From Octopus vulgaris (taxonomy: Eukaryota), in NCBI GenBank assembly GCA_951406725.2, contig OX597824.1, positions 36,580,001 to 36,644,000 of the forward strand: a DNA stretch of 64,000 bases, given 5' to 3'. Under the pieces are notes generated by a model. That model had not been told where the DNA came from. It made no database searches and saw nothing but the letters and a program-made list of their open reading frames with translations. Position 1 is the first letter of the stretch; each line of letters starts with the position of its first letter. A program made the translations under genes and the position numbers. Of the stretch, positions 54,047 through 64,000 are shown piece after piece.

Positions 54047-54622
54047 GTGTGTGTGTGTGTGTATGTGTGTGTGAGTGTGTGTGTGTACTACAATAATATA
54101 TATATTATTGTATTATCGTGGTATAAAAATAACGGTAAAATAAACATTACATGTGGTAATGTGTGTATGTATGTATTTATATGAGTCTGTGTACATGCGC
54201 ATCAGTGTGTGTGTGTGTGTGTGTGTGAGTGTGTGTGCACGCGTGCGTAAGCGTGTGCATGTATTGGCAAGTGTTTATATGTAAAAAGAAACAATTTGTT
54301 TTCTCTCTCTCTATGTAATAATAACAGCAAAATCAATAGGGTTGCTTTATATATTCATATGTCCATGTGTCGTTCATAAAGAGAACAGAGGATTCAATGA
54401 AACACATATTTAGACTCACATCTATTTATGTAACTTAGGCATGAATGTGTGTGTGTATGTGTGTGTGTGAGTGCGTGTGAGTATGTAATGTATGTTAATA
54501 TGTGTAAACACATGCAAACAAGTACACACATGCATGTACCATAACACACACACATGTATACACACATTGATTTTTTTTGGTTATATTTATATGTATATAT
54601 ATATAGATATTGATATATAGAC

Positions 54623-54701
<79 letters not shown>

Positions 54702-54705
54702 GTAT

Positions 54706-54743
<38 letters not shown>

Positions 54744-54801
54744 TATATAGATAGATAGATAGATAGATTGATAGATTAGATAGATAGATAGATAGACAGA
54801 C

Positions 54802-54843
<42 letters not shown>

Positions 54844-55420
54844 ATAGATGGATAGATAGATTTGTATGCAGATGTCTTCCTATCTATTTATACATCTATA
54901 TCTATATATATACACATACACACACACTCCCAAATATATATACAAATATACACATACATATATGTTTTATATGTAGGAAGAAGACAGGCAAAGAGATCTA
55001 TGTTATCAATTTGATAAGCTTGTCTAAGAAGAAGAAGAAGATCAATACAGCAAGTGATAACAGTCTTAAAGGGTTTATGATTGGAAGGATGAAGGATGTA
55101 GAATAAAATGGATTGTGAGGAATCAAAAACAAAAAAAAAAAATGTGGGGTAACAATTTGTAATAGAAGAAAAAATGTTGTATGAGATGTATAAATGAAAT
55201 ACCAAATGAAGAGAACAAGATAGAACCAGGAGAGAGTATAATTTCCACCAATCAAGGAATAATTACAGCAGCAGCAGTTATATAGAATTCCAGAGTTTGA
55301 CCATCAGTAAAATCCAATAAAAAGCATTCCTGTTGTTTCAGTATTGAGAATGTTGAACCTTTAGAAGAAGACGACAAATAACCTGAGGATCCATTAGTGA
55401 ATAATCAAGCGTGGGATTAC

Positions 55421-55539
55421 CTTTGATATGTATAATAGGGGCTAATGCTTGTCGAGTAGGAGCAATTTATCGCAGTCTTTTGGTGAGAAATTGTGGCCAG
55501 CTGTTGATCAGGTAGGGAACAGGTACCGATATGGTCCAT
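55421..55539 (-). CDS. putative first coding segment MDHIGTCSLPDQQLATISHQKTAINCSYSTSISPYYTYQR of an unidentified gene
   Basis: GCTATGG Kozak with an in-frame upstream stop; the frame is open to donor AAG/GTAATC at 55420. It lies in a higher-GC, transposon-free island (~55250-56250). In frame with the 52913 acceptor. Confidence 0.4.
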
Positions 55540-56230
55540 AGCTCTGGTAGAGGCAGTGTTGTTGTTGTTGTTGTTGCTGCTGGTGATGTTGGTGTGGTTA
55601 ATCGTATCATGCAAACAGAAGATGAACGTGTTAGTACTGGTATTGGTCGTACTGTTTTTCTAAGTGGAGCCATCACACTTGTACCTTGAGCAGGTTTCTC
55701 TCTGATGCCTTTCTGTGTTTCACTCCTGGCCCACACCTTCATCCCAGACTTGGTGCTCATTTTCAAGACTGAAGCCTCCTCTTCATTATTTCACCAGTCG
55801 TGAAAGTTGAGTGAAATCTGTTCCACTAATAACTGCACCCTCTTACAACACTACTGAAAAACTGTGGCAGTGTTAGCAGCAAGCACAGCAGCATCAGCAG
55901 CAGCAGCAGCAGCACCAGCATCAGTATCAGCAGCAGCAGCAGCAGTAGGTGCACTGAAACAGTTGTCTGATACTGAGAGAGCTGTAATATCTTCCCCTAC
56001 GCCACCATCATCACAGAGCTGCAATCATGCTGTATGATAAGCAGTAGTTGCCGGTGCTGGTGTTCTCTTCTCTCTCCTAACTATCTCCTCTCACTATTAC
56101 TCTCTCTCATCATCCTGCATATCATCCTCAGATCATTAGAGGGATATTATCAAACAAGACAGCAATCGTTGCTGGAACACACACAGTAACAACAACAACA
56201 ACAACAACAACAATAACAAACAGCATATAA
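55540..56230 (-). other. putative long 5' UTR with (CTG)n and (GTT)n tracts and an upstream overlapping ORF (55760-55467)
   Basis: Higher GC and no transposon remnants, upstream of the donor. Exon start not determinable; there is a possible acceptor TTATTTTTCAG at 56911. Confidence 0.35.
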
Positions 56231-57072
56231 AGAGTAAGAGTGAGCCCTTAGTTAATCAATGGAGATTTAGTATAAATAAATAATTTATCTTCTATTTTAA
56301 AGGGGATAAGTCAGGTACTGGTGGGAGGAAAGGGCTTTAGTCAAATTATTTTATTGTAAATCTTTTCCCTTATCTCAATTTTTAATTTTCACTTTCATTT
56401 TCTTTTTACCTCTTATAGCCCCTGCCCCCACTCCACCCCAATTGCCATCATTCATGCCACTGAGATATAAACACAAGAAAATATAAAATATATATATAAA
56501 AACAAAAAGCTGTTTTTCAGATAACAGTGATTATTAAGAGAAATAATAGTAGCCAGGATGAAGGCTAATCCATATAAGAGATGTTTAGTTTTGCTAATAG
56601 TCTGTGAAAGGAAAAAAGCAAGGAGGTACATGAAGAAGAAAGAGAAGACGAGAGTAATTCCATCAAAGTGTAAATAGTAAAGCTCATTTGTAACGAGGCA
56701 AGATTTTTGAATGATTTCAGTCGAAGCAACTTGATGATTGCTCACATCTATTTTTATTGAGAGAAAACAACATGAAAATAGTTTTTTTTTTTTTTTTTTT
56801 TTCTTTCCTCTCCCCCCCACTTTTTTTTTTTTTTTTTTTTACTAAACAGTAAACACTTAAGATTACAATCAGATATAGATTCATTCATCACAGGAGACTT
56901 CTTGCAATGACTGAAAAATAACAAGGACAGACAGGCAGACAAACAGACATATCAGAAGGAGAGAGACAAGTCAATAAGTGATAAGGAAGGAAAGAAGCAG
57001 GCAGGGAGAAAAAGAAAAAAAAAGCAGGAAGATAGATAGACAGATAGATAAATAGACAGACAGATAGATAGG

Positions 57073-57157
<85 letters not shown>

Positions 57158-57622
57158 TGATTGATAGATGCAGAAGCAAATACATAGTAAGGCAAATGGC
57201 TGGAAGAACAGTAAGATGGATCAATACATAGATTAGCTGGATGGGTGAGCAAACAGATTAGCTGGATGGATGAACTGATAGATTAGATGGAAGGAAAACT
57301 AGAGAAAAAGATAGATAGAAGAAAAAGCAGTCAGTGATGAGGAGAGAAAGTGGTAACATATAGAATGCAATAACAGTATATGCAGTGCTAATAACATTGA
57401 AATAACAGCATCTCGGTGATACAGACTCAGAATAGAAATAACAACAATTGTAACACTCAGATATGTATATATATATACATACATACATATCAATTTTTCA
57501 TACATCATATATACAGGGAAGCAAATTATATAATTATATCATGTATATATAAAATTCAAATTAAATACACACACACACACTATATGATATGATATCAACA
57601 TCATCCACTTTTCCCATGCTTA

Positions 57623-57781
57623 CACTAGCATAGCTACGGTGTGTGCCGCTCGGGGCGGCCCTTCTGTGTGCCACCCCTGGATCCCACAAAAAACACATAC
57701 TGCCTACAGCAGACCCAAAAGTGGTGCCCCTGTAAAAGTGCCGCCTGGGGCGGACTGCCCACCCCTCCCAATACACTAGTG
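57623..57781. mobile_element. GC-rich hAT-like MITE
   Basis: Termini CACTAGCATAGC / ATACACTAGTG and internal GCCGC..GGGGCGG repeats; no clear TSD. Confidence 0.5.
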
Positions 57782-58191
57782 GGTTTGAGACATCTATGTA
57801 TGTGTATGTGTGTATATACACACACACACACACACACATATGGTTGTATGTGTGTGTGAATGTGTATGAATGTGTGAGTGTGTTTGTGGGTATGCGTGTG
57901 TTTGCATGTTTTATATGTATGTATACATACAAATACATATATGTATGTACATATATATTTACAGGATTCAAGCATACATTTATTGAATGCAGCATATTCT
58001 GACTTATCTAATCAGTAGTATTTTACCCAGAAAGTGTTCAATAAATGGTAAACCAATAACTTAGGATATTTAGAGAATGTGACATGAGTCTGCAAAATAA
58101 ACATGGAACACAGTTCAAAAGAAAAACCTCATAAAATAAAGACTTGTGGAAATACCAGAATGTATCTTCCTGGAACAATGAGGGCAATTAA

Positions 58192-58428
58192 CCCTTTCGT
58201 TACCAACCCGGCTGAAACCGGCTCTGGCTCTAAGTACAAATGTCTTGTTTTCATAAGTTTTGTATTAATATCTTCCACCAAACCTTAGTCACAATTTATG
58301 TACTCAACACTTGCTTATTTTACCAAGTTATTTAGAGACCACTAAGCTATTTTACTAAATTCTTTGTTATATTTAAAGTAATTGAAAGAAACAGAGAGCA
58401 TCTGAAAATAAATACAGTAACGAAAGGG
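58192..58428. mobile_element. piggyBac-type MITE
   Basis: Perfect 12-bp TIRs CCCTTTCGTTAC / GTAACGAAAGGG with a TTAA duplication on both sides. Confidence 0.88.
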
Positions 58429-58860
58429 TTAAACAACCCTTGGAGAATTCTTTGACAAGAACTTGGTGTTCATCGAGGACTTTATGAGGGAAAACCATGA
58501 AGGAAATTTACCATCATATTGTTTGAGATAGTTTTAGCAAGATAACATTTTCTAGGCAAGAATTATGCGAATTATGCCACACTTGCAAGGGCACTCAGAA
58601 TTCAAAGAATTGGAACAAACACCCACAAAATATTTCGTCTGGCACTAATAAGTCTGCCATATCACCACCATGGATTGGTGCTTTATTTTATCCCTGTGGA
58701 AAATTGAAAGGCAAAGTTGATTTGGAGGTATCTGAAAGTAAAATGCAAACAAATGGAACAAATTCTGCCAGGTATTTTCTTTGATGTTTCAAAGATTCTA
58801 TCTATTCATCAGATATTTTATCTTCCATGCTGTCAATGTGATAGTTATTTTCACACTTAT

Positions 58861-58941
<81 letters not shown>

Positions 58942-59353
58942 TATACTAACAATGGGGCACATTAAGACCTATGACGATAGACTACGAGAGGTATAAAGTT
59001 CCAATAGTAATCCCACTGGAAATGTGGTAAAGTGGTTCAGAAAGTAGTGGCAAAGGTCAGAGAAGAATGTTGGAAAGGAGATGAGGGCCCAAGAGAGGAG
59101 GAACTTCAGTCAGGAAGGATCAAACTTGGGTGACCACATGAGCATATATTATGCATAACTCAAAATTTTACAAAATAACAAAAAACAAAAGACAGGCAGT
59201 GAAGAAAGAATGAACATCAAAGTAATACTCCTTGTGTCTGGTGCCCTCACCTGCCTCTGTTTTTCTTTTTGGTCTTTTTGTTGCTTTTCATGTACAAGAA
59301 CCTCATGTAAATGTGTGAGTGTGTATGTACACACATGGGTATACATACATAAA

Positions 59354-59585
59354 AGGCGGCGAGCTAGCAGAATCGTTAGCACATCGGGCGAAATGCTTAG
59401 CGGTATTTCGTCTGCTGTTACGTTGTGAGTTCAAATTCCACCGAGGTCGACTTTGCCTTTCATCCTTTCGGGGTCGGTAAATTAAGTACCAGTTAAGCAC
59501 TGGGGTCGATATAATCGACTTAATACCTATGTCTGTCCATGTTTGTCCCCTCTATGTTCAGCCCCTTGTGGGTAATAAAGAAATA
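59354..59585 (+). mobile_element. SINE family B
   Basis: Young full-length copy. Confidence 0.88.
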
Positions 59586-59872
59586 GGTATACATACATAT
59601 GATCATCATTGTTTTAACATGCATTTTTCCATGCTTGCATGGATTGGATAGAATTGGCTGAAACAGAAATTCTATGGCTGGATGTTACTAACCTTCAGTT
59701 ATCAGCATGTAAGGTAATGTTTTTCTATGGCCTGACATGTTTTCATGGAAGATTGGAAATGAAGGGCACTGCTTGCATTGACAGTGACACTTATTTACAA
59801 CTATCATGTGATGTCAAGACAAAGGGACACAATCACACATAATCACACACACACACACACACACACATATAT

Positions 59873-60316
59873 GAGGGGCTTCTTTCAATTTCTGTCCACT
59901 AATTCCACTCACAAGGCTTGAGCCAACTTCAGAGCATACTAGAAGACAACTACCCAAGGTGCCATTCAGTGGGAGTGAACCTGAAACCATGTAGTTGGGA
60001 AGCAATTATCTTAAGTGCACAGTGGTGTATGTGGTGGTGGTGGGGGGGTGAACAGAGACACATATACACCCACAAATATACAATTTTATCATTCTAGTTC
60101 TCTCCCATCTCTCTCTCTTTCGGAGAAGCACTGAGTACCTACACACACACATACACACACGGCACTAACTTCCGCCTACCGAATTCAATCACAAAGCTTC
60201 GGTTGACTCGGGGCTATAGCAGAAGACACCTGCCCAAAGTGCCACACAGTGGGACTGAACCTGATACCATGTAACTAGGAAGCAAGCTCCCTAACCACAC
60301 AGCCATGCCTGCGCCT
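59873..60316 (-). mobile_element. two SINE A 5' halves (59873-60025, 60168-60316)
   Basis: Reverse-complement tRNA-like heads. Confidence 0.75.
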
Positions 60317-61214
60317 GAATCACATTAGACCTGCATGAATCCCATGCATGACCAATACCCTCCAGGCCATTTGGTATTTGCATCCATCATTCATCCCTCT
60401 CTTGCTATCCATCACTCTCTCATCCTTTTCTTGTTATCTGGCACTCTCTCGTCTCTCTCTTCTCTAGAAGTAGTGCCACAAAAATGCACAATGTACATTC
60501 TGTAAAGGGGATGCTGTTAGGAAGGACAATCAGCTGAGAAAGCAAGACAAACATGAAATTAACCAGTGAGATGTAACTCCCCCATCCCTCATCAGGAGAG
60601 CAACAACAATGACCTGCCTGACCCATGCCAGCATCTCATTTCTCTAGCTCCCTGGTATCGACATCCATAATCTATCACCTCCAGCTATTCATCACTTTTT
60701 CCTTTTAATCATTCTGTTTGGTCCATTACAACTTTGCTTCATGCTCTCACACATCATGGTTCTTCTCCTGACATTCTATTCTATTCTATTCTGTTTCATA
60801 ACCCTAAGTGAATAAACACATACTTTCTAATCTTATAGGGTACTTTTATTACTCTATTATTCCACCTTCTGCTACCACAGCTTGGCTTTCTCCCATTACT
60901 ATTACCTTCTTAGTCAATTTGTTTCTATTCAATCTCCTTGCCAACAACCATCATCTTGCTGCCTTTCAGCTACGTACTTTCCTTCCACAAAAACTATTTG
61001 GTAAATGTCTACCATTATCTCTCTCACTTCTTCTACTGACCCTTCTATTACATTCTTACTCACGTCTTTACTCTCATCTTTTTGTCTTTCTCTTTTCCAT
61101 TGATCCTTGTTTCCACCATCTAGCTGTATGCAAAGAAGCGAATGAATGACGATAATGCAAAGAGGAGACTCTTTAGTCTTGCAACTTCAATGTAGGGAGC
61201 AGGAGCAGGAGGTT

Positions 61215-61267
<53 letters not shown>

Positions 61268-61317
61268 TATTGTTATTATCATTATTATTATTATTGTTGT
61301 TGTTGTTGTTGTTGTTA

Positions 61318-61546
61318 AGGTGGTGAGCTGGCAGAATCGTTAGCACACCAGGTGAAATGCTTAGCAGCATTTCATCTGTCCTTATGTTCTGAGTTCAAAT
61401 TCTGCTAAGGTTGACTTTAGCTTTCATCCTTTCAGAGTCGATAAATTAAGTACCAATCAAGTAGTGGGGCCAACGTGATTGCCTGTCCCCCTCCTCACAA
61501 ATTCTAGAACTTGTGCCTATTGTTGGAAAGATTATTGTTGTTGTTG

Positions 61547-61586
<40 letters not shown>

Positions 61587-61785
61587 GGTGGCGGCCTGGC
61601 AGGATCATTAGCATACTAGGTAAAATACTTGGCAGTATATCATCTGTCTTTATGTTCAGAGTACAAATTCCGCCGAGGTCAACTTTGCCTTTCATTCAAA
61701 ATAAGTTCAGTTCAATACTGGGGTCGATATAATTGACTTACTCCCTCTCTCAAAACTGCTGGCATTGTGCCAGAATTTGAAACAA
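61318..61785 (+). mobile_element. two tandem SINE B copies separated by (TTA)n
   Basis: Heads at 61318 and 61587 with family B cores. Confidence 0.8.
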
Positions 61786-62989
61786 TCATTATTATTATTA
61801 TTGCCAAAGCTCCTTCAAATTTTTCACAAAATACATCTGCTTCTATAGTTTCCATTGAGTCAACAACAGCCACTTGATATACCTATTTTCCATTATTGTT
61901 TGCTATAAAAAGAGTGATTTGTCTCAAAAATTCAGCTTTAAGTGCCATATCTGTCTCATTATGTCACTTTCACCTGTATCTCATTTAAGACCTTTTTCCA
62001 TTCTAGATGTGACACTTTAGTTCTTTTAGGAAATACCAAATCAGCAGTTTGACAGTTCATTTTCTGGTTCCTGTGATGTCATCTCGCTCAGCAACCTTGA
62101 AACAACAGCAAATCACTGAACAGTAAATGAACCCTCTTAAAAACTGATTCTACCAAGAACCAGTTAAAGACAACAATTCTTCTCTATAGCTATCAGCTAA
62201 CAGCTTTTCTACACCTCTGAACTTTTGCAATTCTCTTCTGCATAGAATGTTATTTACAAAGCTCTCCATCCAGCTCCAATATCCAAAAACTATTCTGCAG
62301 ATGCCAAAATAACTATGGATAGTTTCACTTATCTCCCAATATTTCCATCTATAATATTATGAACCAAAGATATCCTCTTTAATACTATTTTATACTTCTG
62401 TTTTAAATTATAACCAAAGCACGGAATTTTTCCCCATCTGTAATTGTATTGGAATATTCTAATTTCTGTCGTGATGTATCTGAGACATTTTGCCTTTATT
62501 AGTTATCAATCTCCTTCAGCTTTCTCACAGCACTTGTAACAATCTGGTTTCTTTGAATGAAAAAAAGCTTATTTGTGAAATTAGATTTTGGAATCAGTAC
62601 TTACAATATTAATTAAAACCCCAGCAAAATTACTTGTTAAGACTGCTTAACATGATAAAATTACTATATACACACAGAAGGATATGCAAACATATACACA
62701 CATACTCTCAAATACAACAACACATACTTTTATTATAGATTTATCTACCGTGTTACATTTTTGTTGAATACAGAACCCAGTAAAAGAATGCACCCTCTGT
62801 CTCTGGGTTTAAATCATCAATTTGTACCTCATCTAGGCTGGTCATGTTCCTTGTTTGTTTAGTGTGTTACTTTGACTAATTTTATATTTGATTCCTGTAC
62901 TATATTCACTTGAAGCAAGTTGCTAATCTTCTTGTGATATCAGATAATCTGCCTTTAGAACCTGCTAACAAATCACCTTCTGTAAATCT

Positions 62990-63379
62990 TATACTCTTTT
63001 ACTCTTTTACTTGTTTCAGTCATTTGACTGTGGCCATGCTGGAGCATCACCTATAGTCGAGCAAATCGACCCCGGGACTTATTCTTTGTAAGCCCAGTAC
63101 TTATTCTATCAGTCTCTTTTGCCAAACCGCTAAGTGACAGGGACGTAAACACACCAGCATCGGTTGTCAAGCAATACTAGGGGACAAACACAGACACACA
63201 AACACACGCATATATATACATACATATATATGATGGGCTTCTTTCAGTTTCTATCTACCAAATCCACTCACAAGGCTTTGGTAGATAGAACACTTGCCCA
63301 AGGTGCCACGCAGTGGGACTGAACCCGGAACCATGTGGTTGGTAGACAAGCTACTTACCACACAGCCACTCCTGCGCCT
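62990..63379 (-). mobile_element. SINE family A
   Basis: Full-length young copy with a small internal deletion. Confidence 0.88.
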
Positions 63380-63584
63380 ATATTGATGGAAATCTTTTGG
63401 AACCTTTTTTTCAAGAAAAAGATTGGCCACTTTTTTGACAAGGGACAAACTCAACTCCTTCCAATGTATATTCCAAACTGTTTGATGTTGTTCAAAACTT
63501 TACAAGTACTTTTCTCAGACAGGTGTTTTTACTTGTCTAATTAAAAGTAATGTTATGTTATACTTCTTTGTGATACCCCACTGT

Positions 63585-63686
63585 GCCTCCTCCTCCTCCT
63601 CCTCTTCTTCTTCTTCTTCTTCTTCTTCTTCTTCTTCTTCTTCTTCTCCTCCTCCCCCACCCTTCTTCTCTTTCTTCTTCTTCTCT
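63585..63686. repeat. (CCT)n(CTT)n microsatellite
   Basis: Visible repeat. Confidence 0.9.
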
Positions 63687-64000
63687 CTATACACTGTTGG
63701 AAGTTTCTTTTAACAGGGTGTTAAAGTCTTTTAAAGTTTACAGTTGATGGTCTCTAAATTTCTTAATAATGATTATTACATTAGTCATCAGTTCAACAGT
63801 AGTCACCTTTTTTTTCTTTGAACTAACTCTATTTGTTTTTCACTAATTTCCCTTCATGCATGCAACAGTCTTAGATGTTTTAGCTATTAAAGTATTATTT
63901 TACTCAAGTGGCTTATGAAGCTGATGGCTAGATAAATGCTACATTTCTTCTTTGAACAACAAAGTTCTGTAATGCATCTAACCACTGGGATGACTATTTC

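Noticed and set aside
55876-55946. (CAG)n as a polyQ coding tract
   Set aside because: No sizeable ORF spans it on either strand; more likely UTR.

Overview
AT-rich, microsatellite-saturated animal genomic DNA. The repeat landscape looks like a coleoid cephalopod, most likely Octopus (inferred from my recollection of the SINE/MITE families, not from a database search). Almost the whole window is intron-like sequence made of decayed mobile elements. These include three tRNA-type SINE families, an RTE-clade LINE with a PHD finger inside ORF2, two R4/Dong-type LINE remnants sitting in microsatellites, mariner/maT/rosa, hAT and piggyBac elements or MITEs, and many small Penelope-like inverted remnants. 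About a dozen of the Penelope-like remnants carry recognisable type-I hammerhead ribozyme motifs, mostly decayed, one with a ~96-nt extended stem II. The only plausible host-gene signal is on the minus strand: an exon ending at a GT donor at 55421 and a small exon at about 52923/52913-52861, with overlapping upstream ORFs. Its product cannot be identified. Most ORFs in the supplied track are microsatellite translations. Boundaries of old repeats are approximate.
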